A DNA stretch of 64,000 nt, from the NCBI GenBank assembly GCA_019459085.1, contig JAIBEW010000034.1:18767-82766 (forward strand). Reading direction: 5' to 3'. Shown here piece after piece: positions 37,561-47,105 of the stretch. This DNA comes from Kaistella sp. Lineage in GTDB: Bacteria; Bacteroidota; Bacteroidia; Flavobacteriales; Weeksellaceae. Each line of letters opens with the position of its first letter. The stretch's first letter is position 1. A model generated the notes under the pieces. It ran no database searches. It worked only from the letters and a program-made list of their open reading frames with translations, and had not been told where the DNA came from. The translations under genes and the position numbers were made by a program.

Positions 37561-38544
37561 ATGATTAAGCATTCAGTACTTGTCGTAACTTATAATCAGG
37601 AAGATTTTATTCAGGAAACCATTTCCTCCCTTTTAAATCAATCGGAAATGCCCTATGAGATCATTATTCTGGATGACTGTTCAACTGACAGGAACTGGGA
37701 TATAATTCTGCAAAATCAGAAAAAGCATCCGGATTTAATTAAAGCGGTAAGAAATGAGGTCAACCTAGGCTTATTTCCGAATGTGAAAAAAATAAGAGAC
37801 TTATATACAGGCAATGTGGTGTCATTCTGTGCTGGAGACGATTTGCTGGAACCGGACACTATACGGGATATCAATAAAAAAATTATTCAAGAGGATCTGG
37901 ACGGGGAAAAGGACCGGTTTATCATCGTCACCAATTCAGTGCATTTATATCCCGATGGTACGAGAACAATATGGAATAATTACATTGAGCGGAATGTTGC
38001 CCCAATCAAGACACGGCTGCGATATGGGTTAAGTTATAGAGCGGTGGGTCTCAGTAGAGCGCTTTTAAAATCTACAATAACAGATCAGGAATATGCAGAA
38101 CAAAATCCTGAAGTGGGATATACGGCTGATTTTTTGAAAGGATTTGATGAAATACTTAAAGCCGACCGAATGTTTTTCATTAACACAAATGGTGGTGTAT
38201 ACCGGTTGAATGTAGGAGTTACCTCCGCCAAGACCGATAAAAAATGGCGCGAACATCAGGCTGCTTACAAAGCAATCAGGGAAATTTATAAAAATAAATT
38301 TGATGCAAAGGACCAGCTCTTCATTGACTTTATTATCGCCGGTGACCAATATAAAATAGAGCCTACTGTTGGAAATTGGATTAAAGCCACCTACTACTTT
38401 ATTATGAATACCGGGAACTTCAGTTACAACAATCCTATGGTCAGGAATCTTCATTATCTCATGCCTTATAAGGTAGTAGAATGGCTTAAGTTCAATGTTT
38501 ACCCTGTATTTCTGAAATGGAGAAATGCTGTGAGTAGTAAATAA
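37561..38544 (+). CDS. glycosyltransferase family 2
   Basis: 327 aa. N-terminal SVLVVTYNQEDFIQETISSLLNQ, plus ILDDCSTD and CAGDD motifs. Confidence 0.75.
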   Translation: MIKHSVLVVTYNQEDFIQETISSLLNQSEMPYEIIILDDCSTDRNWDIILQNQKKHPDLIKAVRNEVNLGLFPNVKKIRDLYTGNVVSFCAGDDLLEPDTIRDINKKIIQEDLDGEKDRFIIVTNSVHLYPDGTRTIWNNYIERNVAPIKTRLRYGLSYRAVGLSRALLKSTITDQEYAEQNPEVGYTADFLKGFDEILKADRMFFINTNGGVYRLNVGVTSAKTDKKWREHQAAYKAIREIYKNKFDAKDQLFIDFIIAGDQYKIEPTVGNWIKATYYFIMNTGNFSYNNPMVRNLHYLMPYKVVEWLKFNVYPVFLKWRNAVSSK

Positions 38545-38594
38545 GTAGGGTTACAATAGTAATATAAGAATAGATATTAATTTAAGAAAGTATA

Positions 38595-39944
38595 GTGGGT
38601 GTTATTGTATCAGTAATCGTATTTGTTATCATAGCTGCAGCATTTTTGAAGCAGAAGCACTCTGTATTAATTATTCTATGTATACTTTCGATATTTGCAG
38701 ATAATTTCCGGTTTGATTTCGGGCCCAGTTTATTGATTGCTAATGTCATTGGTTTTCTGGTCATGCCTTTGGTCCTGAGGGACAAATATTTATTGAATCC
38801 AATTCAGAGAATTTACAACCCTTTATGGATTGAATTTTTTTATTTGGTCCTGCTGGGATATATTTTTGGATTCCTTTTTCCTTGGGACTCCCTTAATTCC
38901 GACTACCGCCTCTGGAGTCAGCGGGCGGGTGGGCGAACCCTGGTAACCCTCTTAAGATTGGTAAATGAATTCTTTTTGTCATATTATATTATTTGGTGTT
39001 TTATTAAGAAGAAAATAGATTTAAAGTTTGTTATTTATACCATAGCCTATATTTCCTCGCTGAGTTTTATTATTGGTTTAATTGACTATTTTTCAGGCTA
39101 CTGGTTTAAGTCCAATTTTTTATTCTTTAGTCCCTCACTCGCAAATAGGTTTCTAGGTCTCAATGGAGAACCTAAAATGTTCGGAAGGAATTCAGCATTA
39201 GCATATGCCATGCTTTTACTATATTACCTGACCCAGCAAAAGGACAGAAAATTGATCTACTTTATCATCATAAACGCAGTGGGGGTTATCATAAGTCTTT
39301 CCGCTTCTGCACTCATTTTATTTATGATGTTAAATCTCGTTATTTTATTCAAAAAGGTAAAACTCGGGTACTTCATCTTTTTGGCTTTATTGTTCTCGCT
39401 GACTTTCACGGTTCTTCAGAATAATCCTTTTTTTGAGGAATCTACAAAGGGAAAGATTGATAAGGCATTATTTGGTATCGAAAATAAAGTCATTCCGGAT
39501 GAACCGCAGTTTTTTTCGCGATTCGATATATTTGACCGGCTAGGTCTCGTGTATTTGTATGAAAACCCACAATATATCATATTTGGGACCGGACCTAATT
39601 TAATCAGCATCCCCTCCAGCAAATATGTAGACAGCCTTCCTGAATACAGTTCGTATGCTGAGCAAGGCGGGATTGACAGTGTTCCTAATGTCATGTTCAA
39701 TAATGTACTGGCGCGCAGCGGAGTAGTAGGTCTGATATTATTTCTCTTTTTTTTCATCAGATTATACCGCTTCGCAAAAATCGACAGATCAGGATTTTCC
39801 CAGGTTGTAGTACTCATTTCGTTATTTTTTAATATGGTGTATTTCAGTATCGTTTTTCTTTTCTTGACCGGAATTGTTGTCGGCTATATATTTTCAAAAA
39901 GATTCGAAAATACGAAGTTTGTAACCTCCAATATAAGTAGTTAA
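38595..39944 (+). CDS. wzy: O-antigen/capsule repeat-unit polymerase (Wzy / O-antigen ligase-like membrane protein)
   Basis: 449 aa, polytopic (more than 10 TM), with a large loop near residues 270-350. GTG start. Sits in a Wzx/Wzy locus. Confidence 0.55.
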   Translation: MGVIVSVIVFVIIAAAFLKQKHSVLIILCILSIFADNFRFDFGPSLLIANVIGFLVMPLVLRDKYLLNPIQRIYNPLWIEFFYLVLLGYIFGFLFPWDSLNSDYRLWSQRAGGRTLVTLLRLVNEFFLSYYIIWCFIKKKIDLKFVIYTIAYISSLSFIIGLIDYFSGYWFKSNFLFFSPSLANRFLGLNGEPKMFGRNSALAYAMLLLYYLTQQKDRKLIYFIIINAVGVIISLSASALILFMMLNLVILFKKVKLGYFIFLALLFSLTFTVLQNNPFFEESTKGKIDKALFGIENKVIPDEPQFFSRFDIFDRLGLVYLYENPQYIIFGTGPNLISIPSSKYVDSLPEYSSYAEQGGIDSVPNVMFNNVLARSGVVGLILFLFFFIRLYRFAKIDRSGFSQVVVLISLFFNMVYFSIVFLFLTGIVVGYIFSKRFENTKFVTSNISS

Positions 39945-39948
39945 CCAC

Positions 39949-41073
39949 GTGAATATTTTTTTTCCCATAGGCGCATTTTACCCTTCACAGATTGGCGGAC
40001 CGTGCAATACAGTTTACTGGCACACCTCTGCGCTGAAGTTGAAGGGGATGACACCACAAGTTGTTACTACTTCCTTAGGGATTCACAGCAACCATGTAAG
40101 TTTCGAGAAGATGCAGGAGTTGGAATGCGGTAATGTTTTCTACGGTAAAAGTCCTGCTATTTCAGCGGCCGTCATTAAGAGAATGCGTGAAGGCATTCAA
40201 AGTGCGGATCTTATTCATCTGAACAGCCTTTTCAATACACTTTCAATTTTCAGTTTCTTTTATTCGAAAATTTTGTACCCCAAGAAAAAAGTGATATGGT
40301 CAGTAAGGGGAGAACTTAACGGTACTGCCTTGGGCTTCAGTTCATGGAAAAAGAAAATACTTCTGTTTTTTTATCGAAAATTATCCCACCAAGTCCTTTT
40401 CCACAGTACATCTGACAAGGAGACAAGAGAAATTATAACCCACTTTCCGGCATCAAAAGTGGTCCAGTTGCCCAATTTTATTCAGCCCCATGAAAAACTT
40501 GAAGTAGATCATGAAAAAATATTTCTGTATGTCGGAAGAATACACCCTATTAAAGCGCTGGACAAGCTCATCGAAGGTTTTGCAGCCAGCGCAGAGTTTA
40601 AGTTGTCAGATTTTAAACTCGTTTTGGTTGGCAAGCATGAAGAAAGACACCAGTATTATGATGCAGAACTTAAGAAAAAAATAAAGGAACTGAATCTTGT
40701 GGACAAAGTAGAATGGAGGGGTCACTTGAAGGGACTCGATAAAGAAAGAGCCTATGCCAGTGCGTATGCACTGTGGCTGGTTTCCGAGACGGAAAATTTC
40801 GGTAATGTGGTGGTGGAATCTCTGAACCAGGGAACTCCGGTCATCGCTGCCAAAGGAACTCCGTGGTCTGTTTTGGAAGACTATCAGTGCGGGTGGCATA
40901 TTGATAATGATCCGAAAACAATAGCAGAATATGTGGACCTCATGATTAATATAGATAAAAATAAGTATGCGGCCATGCGTACGAATGCGCAAAAACTCGT
41001 AAAAGAAGAATTCGATGTAAACCATCATATAGATCAATGGATTAAAATTTATAAAAATGAAAATACAGAATAA
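39949..41073 (+). CDS. glycosyltransferase family 4 (GT-B)
   Basis: 374 aa with a GTG start. E-x7-E motif ETENFGNVVVESL. Confidence 0.75.
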   Translation: MNIFFPIGAFYPSQIGGPCNTVYWHTSALKLKGMTPQVVTTSLGIHSNHVSFEKMQELECGNVFYGKSPAISAAVIKRMREGIQSADLIHLNSLFNTLSIFSFFYSKILYPKKKVIWSVRGELNGTALGFSSWKKKILLFFYRKLSHQVLFHSTSDKETREIITHFPASKVVQLPNFIQPHEKLEVDHEKIFLYVGRIHPIKALDKLIEGFAASAEFKLSDFKLVLVGKHEERHQYYDAELKKKIKELNLVDKVEWRGHLKGLDKERAYASAYALWLVSETENFGNVVVESLNQGTPVIAAKGTPWSVLEDYQCGWHIDNDPKTIAEYVDLMINIDKNKYAAMRTNAQKLVKEEFDVNHHIDQWIKIYKNENTE

Positions 41074-42091
41074 AACACTACTGATTACCGGCGGCACAGG
41101 CTCTTTCGGCAGCGCCGTACTCAACCGTTTTTTACATACCGATCATTTCAAGGAAATCCGGATTTTTTCCCGTGATGAAAAAAAGCAGGATGATATGCGA
41201 ATCCTTTATAAAAACGACAAGATCAAGTATTATATTGGAGATGTACGCGATTATTCAAGTGTAGAACCGGCAACAAGGGGAGTTGATTATGTCTTTCATG
41301 CTGCGGCACTTAAACAGGTGCCATCGTGCGAATTCTTCCCGATGCAGGCCGTAAAGACGAATGTGGAAGGTACCCAAAATGTGATCCGTGCTGCTGCCTT
41401 TAATAAGGTACAGAAGGTTATCTGCCTGAGTACCGATAAAGCAGCGTATCCGATCAATGCGATGGGAATCTCCAAAGCGATGATGGAAAAAGTGGCGGTG
41501 GCGGAATCGCGCAGCCTTACTGAAACAGTGGTGTGTCTTACGAGATATGGCAACGTGATGGCCTCAAGAGGTTCTGTAATCCCCCTATTCCTGAACCAGA
41601 TCCGGAAAGGGGAGAAGATTACGATCACCGACCCGAATATGTCCAGGTTTTTTATGTCTTTGGAAGATGCGGTGGATTTGGTTTTATTTGCTTTTGAAAA
41701 CGCGAATCCGGGTGACCTGTTCGTGAACAAAGCTCCGGCAGGTACGATCGGGGATCTTGCGAAAGCGCTGATGGATCTTGCAGGGAAAGAAGTTCCGGTA
41801 AAGATCATCGGCACGCGTCATGGTGAAAAACTCTATGAAACCCTCTGCACACGCGAAGAAATGCTTCATGCAGAAGACATGGGCGATTTCTACCGGATTC
41901 CGGCCGATAACCGCGACCTGAACTATGCCAAATATTTCTCAGAGGGTGAAAGAGACATTTCCAAGATTGAGGATTACCATTCCCACAACACCGAACAGCA
42001 GGGCGTGGAAGGTTTGAAGAAACTGGTTTCTACTTTGCCGCTGATCCGGAAGGAGATTTTTGGAGAGGACGTTTTGCAGTATCCGTATTAA
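41057..42091 (+). CDS. fnlA: UDP-GlcNAc 4,6-dehydratase/5-epimerase (FnlA/CapE/WbjB-like)
   Basis: 344 aa. Motifs KTLLITGGTGSFG, FHAAALKQVP, LSTDKAAYPINAMGISKAMMEK. Its length and the CapF-like and 2-epimerase neighbours fit the L-FucNAc pathway. Confidence 0.8.
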   Translation: MKIQNKTLLITGGTGSFGSAVLNRFLHTDHFKEIRIFSRDEKKQDDMRILYKNDKIKYYIGDVRDYSSVEPATRGVDYVFHAAALKQVPSCEFFPMQAVKTNVEGTQNVIRAAAFNKVQKVICLSTDKAAYPINAMGISKAMMEKVAVAESRSLTETVVCLTRYGNVMASRGSVIPLFLNQIRKGEKITITDPNMSRFFMSLEDAVDLVLFAFENANPGDLFVNKAPAGTIGDLAKALMDLAGKEVPVKIIGTRHGEKLYETLCTREEMLHAEDMGDFYRIPADNRDLNYAKYFSEGERDISKIEDYHSHNTEQQGVEGLKKLVSTLPLIRKEIFGEDVLQYPY

Positions 42092-42159
42092 AAAGCTTTC
42101 ATCTTTCAGCCATTGGCGATTAGCTGAGGGAGAGTTACCGACGGGTGATTCCAGGATAC

Positions 42160-42391
42160 AAAAAAGCAACAAATGGGAACAGAATACTGGTGGTCACTTT
42201 TATGCTCGACTGAAATAGGTCGTGCGTGAGCTAACCGCCGAAAGCTGAACACCAACTGAAGAATACAGACAGGTGATAGCCGGAAATGGTAAACGGAAAA
42301 AAAGCAGTTGCGAACCGAATACTGCTGATCAGTTTGATAATAGACTGAAACAAGGCGTACGCCAGCTGAAGGCTGACTGCCGAAAACTGAA
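42160..42391 (+). repeat. diverged ~90-nt direct repeat inside the fnlA-fnlB spacer
   Basis: 42160-42250 resembles 42297-42391 at about 65-70% identity by eye. Both start aaaaaagca...gaatactg and end ccgaaa(g/a)ctgaac. Heptads ctgaagg ctgactg ccgaaaa ctgaacg ctcaaag ctagaaa run into the fnlB ATG. Confidence 0.6.
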
Positions 42392-42408
42392 CGCTCAAAG
42401 CTAGAAAA

Positions 42409-43527
42409 ATGAAAAAAATAGGAATCACCGGCCAGAACGGTTTTGTCGGAGGTCATTTATACAACACATTGGGCCTGAGTCCGGAAGAATTTGAAAGAAT
42501 AGATTTTCAGAAAAAATTTTTTGAAGATGCTGAAAGACTGGATGCTTTTGTAGCAAAGTGTGATGTCATCGTACATTTAGCTGCAATGAACCGGCATGAA
42601 TGCGAGCAGTTTATTTACGAAACCAACGTAGGCCTGGTTCAAAAACTCGTTGAATCACTGAAGAGAACTGGTTCTACTGCCCACGTTTTATTTTCATCTT
42701 CTTCTCAGGAAGAAAGGGACAATCTGTACGGAAGATCAAAGAAAGAAGGCAGACAGCTCCTGGCAGACTGGGCGAAAAGCAGTGGCGGAAACTTTACGGG
42801 ATTAATTATTCCGAATGTTTTTGGGCCTTTCGGGCTGACGAATTATAACTCTTTCATTGCTACTTTCTGTCACAAACTCACCCATGGCGAAACGCCGGTT
42901 ATCGACAACGATGGTGAGGTGAAACTGATTTATGTGGGAGAGCTCGTGCAGAAAATGATAGATCAGATCAGTTCAGGAGCAACAAACGATGAATACACGG
43001 TACCTTTTACCACCTCCATAAAAGTTTCTGAAGTTTTAAATAAACTCGATAATTTTAAGACCCTTTATTTTGAAGCTGGGGAAATTCCTGAACTGAAAAC
43101 GGCGTTTGATTACCAGTTGTTCAACACCTACCGTTCTTATATCGATCACAAAACACATTATCCGGTAAAGTTCACGCAGCACACTGATCCCAGAGGCACT
43201 TTTGTGGAGATTATCCGTCTCGGTATAGGTGGTCAAAGTTCCTTTTCCACTTCGGTTCCGGGTATCACAAGAGGGAACCACTTCCATACCCGAAAAATCG
43301 AAAGGTTTGCAGTCATTAAAGGAAAAGCCCTTATTCAATTAAGAAAAATAGATACCGAAGAAGTCCTCGACTTTTACCTTGACGGCAATGAACCCGCTTA
43401 TGTCGATATGCCGATTTGGTACACCCACAATATCAAGAATATCGGCGACGAGGAACTATACACCATTTTCTGGATCAACGAGCCGTATAATGCGGAAGAT
43501 GCGGATACGTATTTTGTAGAGGTCTGA
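42409..43527 (+). CDS. fnlB: CapF/FnlB/WbjC-like reductase (N-terminal SDR plus C-terminal cupin)
   Basis: 372 aa. An N-terminal Rossmann motif (IGITGQNGFVGGHL) and a C-terminal cupin (GITRGNHFHTRKIERFAVIKG) match the two-domain CapF architecture. Confidence 0.75.
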   Translation: MKKIGITGQNGFVGGHLYNTLGLSPEEFERIDFQKKFFEDAERLDAFVAKCDVIVHLAAMNRHECEQFIYETNVGLVQKLVESLKRTGSTAHVLFSSSSQEERDNLYGRSKKEGRQLLADWAKSSGGNFTGLIIPNVFGPFGLTNYNSFIATFCHKLTHGETPVIDNDGEVKLIYVGELVQKMIDQISSGATNDEYTVPFTTSIKVSEVLNKLDNFKTLYFEAGEIPELKTAFDYQLFNTYRSYIDHKTHYPVKFTQHTDPRGTFVEIIRLGIGGQSSFSTSVPGITRGNHFHTRKIERFAVIKGKALIQLRKIDTEEVLDFYLDGNEPAYVDMPIWYTHNIKNIGDEELYTIFWINEPYNAEDADTYFVEV

Positions 43528-43572
43528 AGGAGTAATCAGCTGTCGGCAATCAGTCTGTAGCAACTGGACTTA

Positions 43573-43609
43573 AGCGATCGCCAATTTCTGAGAGCCGAGA
43601 GCGATCGCT
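43573..43609. repeat. hairpin built from two GCGATCGC palindromes
   Basis: agcgatcgc (43573-43581) pairs with gcgatcgct (43601-43609). The loop is 19 nt and no T-run follows. Confidence 0.6.
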
Positions 43610-43662
43610 AAGAACCGCCCACTGACTGCCGAAAGCCAACCGCTGAAAGCTAAAAAAGATAT

Positions 43663-44013
43663 ATGAAAGATTTTAGACAATTGCTCGTTTGGGAAAAATC
43701 ACATACACTGGCAAAGGAAGTTTACCGGATCACCACTTCATTTCCCAAAGAGGAAGTTTTTGGATTGACTTCACAAATTAGAAGGGCGTCAGTGTCCATA
43801 CCTACGAATATCGCGTAAGGATGCGGAAGAGGCAGTGACGCAGATTTTAAAAGATTTGTACAAATCTCCTTCGGTTCTGCCAGTGAAGTAGAATATTTAA
43901 TATTTTTGTCCTTCGAACTTAAATATATGCAGGAGCAAGAATTCGCAACCCTAACCGGACAGGTTACTGAAATAAAAAAGATGTTAGCAAGCCTTATCAA
44001 TAAACTAAAATAA
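43663..44013 (+). pseudogene. four-helix-bundle protein gene (23S rRNA intervening-sequence protein family) with an in-frame TAA
   Basis: My translation is MKDFRQLLVWEKSHTLAKEVYRITTSFPKEEVFGLTSQIRRASVSIPTNIA*GCGRGSDADFKRFVQISFGSASEVEYLIFLSFELKYM...KLK. The TAA at 43816-43818 replaces the Glu of the conserved NIAEG motif. It is missing from the ORF track because both halves are under 60 aa. Confidence 0.75.
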
Positions 44014-44021
44014 ACGATTCA

Positions 44022-44070
44022 CTGAAAGCTGACCGCCGAAAGCTGACCGCTGAAAGCTCATAAATAAAAA
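44022..44070 (+). repeat. heptad word array abutting the fnlC start
   Basis: Reads ctgaaag ctgaccg ccgaaag ctgaccg ctgaaag ctcataa ataaaaa, then cca-ATG. Similar arrays lie at 43622-43656 and 42366-42407. Confidence 0.8.
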
Positions 44071-44073
44071 CCA

Positions 44074-45252
44074 ATGACACAACACACTCCTCCAAACACA
44101 ACAGTGACTAAAATGCCCCGCCTCAAAGTTATGACCGTAGTCGGCACCCGCCCCGAGATCATCCGACTTTCCCGCGTATTAATGGCCCTGGACCGGTCCG
44201 AAGCCATCGAACATATCATTGTGCATACGGGTCAGAACTACGATTACGAACTGAACCAGATCTTTTTTGATGATTTAGGATTGAGGAAACCCGATTTCTT
44301 CCTTGAAGCTGCGGGTAAGACGGCAACCGAAACCATCGGCAACATCCTGATCAAAATCGATCCTTTGCTGGAGGAGGTTAAACCGGATGCATTCCTGGTT
44401 TTGGGTGATACCAACTCCTGCCTGTGTGCAATTCCTGCTAAAAAAAGGCAGATTCCGATCTTTCATATGGAAGCCGGAAACCGGTGTTTTGACCAAAGGG
44501 TGCCTGAGGAAACCAATCGGAAGATAGTAGACCATACGGCAGATGTTAATCTGACGTACAGCGATATCGCAAGAGAATATTTATTAAGGGAAGGCCTTCC
44601 TGCAGACCGGATCATTAAGACCGGATCCCCGATGTTTGAAGTGCTGCACCACTATTTACCGGAGATCGAAGCATCCGGTGTACTCACGAAACTGAACCTT
44701 GAAGAAGGGAAGTACTTTGTGGTCAGTTCTCACCGCGAAGAAAACATCAATTCGGAGAAAAACTTCAAAGGCCTGATGGATTCGCTGAATGCCATTGCAG
44801 AGCAATACCAGTATCCCGTAATCGTTTCGACACACCCGCGGACGCAGAATATGATCGACAAGATGCAATTTGAAATGCACGCACTGATCCAGTTCCTGAA
44901 ACCACTCGGTTTCCATGACTATAATGCGCTGCAGAAAAGAGCTTTTGCGGTACTTTCCGATTCAGGAACGATTTCAGAGGAATCCTCAATTCTGAATTTC
45001 CGCGCACTGAATATCCGTCAGGCCCACGAAAGACCTGAAGCGATGGAGGAAGCGAGTGTGATGATGGTGGGCCTTTCTCCGGAAAGAATTTTGCAGGGAC
45101 TCACACAGGTCCTGCAGCAAAAGATTGGCACTGAAAGGAATTTCCGTCCAATAGCAGACTATTCCATGCCGAATGTGTCGGAAAAAGTGGTGAGAATTAT
45201 CATTTCTTATACCGATTATGTAAACCGTGTCGTGTGGTCGAAAGAAATTTAG
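44074..45252 (+). CDS. fnlC: UDP-N-acetylglucosamine 2-epimerase, non-hydrolysing (FnlC/CapG/WbjD-like)
   Basis: 392 aa. Motifs KVMTVVGTRPEIIRLS, GDTNS and SDSGTISEE. The start could instead be the ATG at 44113 (MPRLKVMTV...). Confidence 0.85.
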   Translation: MTQHTPPNTTVTKMPRLKVMTVVGTRPEIIRLSRVLMALDRSEAIEHIIVHTGQNYDYELNQIFFDDLGLRKPDFFLEAAGKTATETIGNILIKIDPLLEEVKPDAFLVLGDTNSCLCAIPAKKRQIPIFHMEAGNRCFDQRVPEETNRKIVDHTADVNLTYSDIAREYLLREGLPADRIIKTGSPMFEVLHHYLPEIEASGVLTKLNLEEGKYFVVSSHREENINSEKNFKGLMDSLNAIAEQYQYPVIVSTHPRTQNMIDKMQFEMHALIQFLKPLGFHDYNALQKRAFAVLSDSGTISEESSILNFRALNIRQAHERPEAMEEASVMMVGLSPERILQGLTQVLQQKIGTERNFRPIADYSMPNVSEKVVRIIISYTDYVNRVVWSKEI

Positions 45253-45259
45253 AGACGAG

Positions 45260-46462
45260 ATGAATATCATTTTTCTGACATTAGCGGAAATCGACTCTGT
45301 TGAGGACCGTGGTATTTATCAGGATCTCCTGCGAAAATTCCGGGATGAGGGCCATGATATGACCATCGTTACCCCTGTGCAGCGGAGAAGGAACATTGCG
45401 ACCAACCTTGTAAAAAAAGAAGGTGTCTCGATCCTGCAGGTGAAAACCCTTAACATCCAGAAAACCAATATCTTTGAAAAGGGCATCGGCACCATGGCGA
45501 TAGAATACCAGTATCTTGCCGCTCTCAAAGAATTCTTGTTCAATACCACTTTTGATCTTGTCCTCTATTCAACCCCACCAATCACGCTGGTGAAAGTTAT
45601 TGATTATATCAAGAGACGGGACAGTGCATTATCTTATCTCCTTTTGAAAGACATCTTCCCGCAGAATGCGGTGGATATGAAGATGATCAAAGAAAACGGT
45701 TTTATCCACCGCCAGTTCCTCAAAAAAGAAAAAAAACTATACGAAATTTCGGATGGTATCGGATGTATGTCGCCGGCAAATGCAGATTTTATACGCCGCC
45801 ATCATCCCGAAGTCGATCCTGATAAAGTCGAAGTCAATCCCAACTCTGTAGAACCGCGATACTCGGCTTTTGCAGAAACCCAAAAAGAGGAAATCAGGCG
45901 GAAATACCAGCTTCCGCTGGATAAAAAGATCTTGGTCTATGGCGGAAATCTCGGAAAACCGCAGGGTCTTGACTTTTTGCTGGAAACCATTGCAGCAGTA
46001 AAAAATGAAAAGGCATTTTTCGTAATTGTGGGTGACGGTACAGAATATACCCGGATTTTGGATTGGTTTACCCTACATAAACCCTCCAATGCAAAGTTAT
46101 TCGGCAAGTTGCCGAAAGAGGATTATGATGTCTTGCTCTCGTCTTGTGATATCGGTTTGATTTTTCTGGATAAAAATTTCCTGATCCCGAATTTTCCGTC
46201 CCGTTTGCTTTCATATCTGGAAATAGGGATCCCGATCATTTCAGCAACCGATCCCAATACGGATATTGGAGATATTATTGAAAAAAATGGCTGCGGATAC
46301 AAGTTGCTTGCAGGAGATTTGACCACCATGCAAGTCACGGTTGACAAGTTGGTTAACGAAGATTTATCGGCGTATAAGGAACGATGTAGAATGCTGTTGG
46401 AAAACGAATACCATGTTAACAGATCCTATAAAATTATTATGAACAGAATGCCTCATGTATAA
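45260..46462 (+). CDS. glycosyltransferase family 4 (WbuB-like, possible L-FucNAc transferase)
   Basis: 400 aa from the ATG at 45260 (MNIIFLTLAEIDSVEDRGIYQDLL). Its position directly after the fnlABC-like genes matches the usual wbuB placement. Confidence 0.65.
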   Translation: MNIIFLTLAEIDSVEDRGIYQDLLRKFRDEGHDMTIVTPVQRRRNIATNLVKKEGVSILQVKTLNIQKTNIFEKGIGTMAIEYQYLAALKEFLFNTTFDLVLYSTPPITLVKVIDYIKRRDSALSYLLLKDIFPQNAVDMKMIKENGFIHRQFLKKEKKLYEISDGIGCMSPANADFIRRHHPEVDPDKVEVNPNSVEPRYSAFAETQKEEIRRKYQLPLDKKILVYGGNLGKPQGLDFLLETIAAVKNEKAFFVIVGDGTEYTRILDWFTLHKPSNAKLFGKLPKEDYDVLLSSCDIGLIFLDKNFLIPNFPSRLLSYLEIGIPIISATDPNTDIGDIIEKNGCGYKLLAGDLTTMQVTVDKLVNEDLSAYKERCRMLLENEYHVNRSYKIIMNRMPHV

Positions 46463-47105
46463 AAACTTTTTTAAACGCCTTTTCGACTTCACCGCTGCCC
46501 TGATCGGCCTGCTTATATTAAGTCCGGTCTTTGTTCTCGTGACGGCCGCGCTGTATTTGGCGCACGAGGGAAAACCCTTTTTCATTCAGCGCCGTCCCGG
46601 TAAAAATGAGAAGCTGTTCAGCATCATTAAATTCAAGACAATGACCGACAAAATGGGTGAGGATGGAAATCTGCTTCCGGATGCTGCACGCCTGACAAAA
46701 ATCGGCAGCTTTGTAAGAAAAACATCACTTGATGAAATTCCACAACTGATCAATGTACTGAAAGGTGATATGTCCTTTATAGGACCACGGCCTTTACTGC
46801 CGGAATACCTGCCGCTATATTCCCAGAAACATAAGAAAAGACATCTGGTAAGACCCGGGATTACCGGTCTCGCACAGGTAAAAGGGAGAAATACCATGAA
46901 GTTTTCTGATCGGTTTGATAATGACGTGTACTATGTTGAGCATCTTACCCTCTTACTTGATATTGAAATTATATTCCTAACTTTAAAATCTGTGCTTTTT
47001 AAATCAGATACGATCATTTTAGGCCAAACGGTGGATGAAGTCGACGATTTGGGGATCAGTAAAAATCTTTCCGGTAACCATTTTAAAAATAAAATACAGC
47101 CATGA
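46455..47105 (+). CDS. undecaprenyl-phosphate sugar-1-phosphate transferase (small PglC/WcfS-type priming transferase)
   Basis: 216 aa. One N-terminal TM, then KRLFDF, PFFIQRRPG, FKFKTM, DEIPQLINVLKGDMSFIGPRP (bacterial sugar transferase motifs). Confidence 0.85.
   Translation: MYKNFFKRLFDFTAALIGLLILSPVFVLVTAALYLAHEGKPFFIQRRPGKNEKLFSIIKFKTMTDKMGEDGNLLPDAARLTKIGSFVRKTSLDEIPQLINVLKGDMSFIGPRPLLPEYLPLYSQKHKKRHLVRPGITGLAQVKGRNTMKFSDRFDNDVYYVEHLTLLLDIEIIFLTLKSVLFKSDTIILGQTVDEVDDLGISKNLSGNHFKNKIQP

Noticed and set aside
41296-41814. 172-aa - strand ORF
   Set aside because: It is antisense to the fnlA-like gene.
43573-43609. GCGATCGC hairpin as a terminator of fnlB
   Set aside because: No T-run follows it, and it sits inside what should be one operon. 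It is kept only as a repeat or structure.
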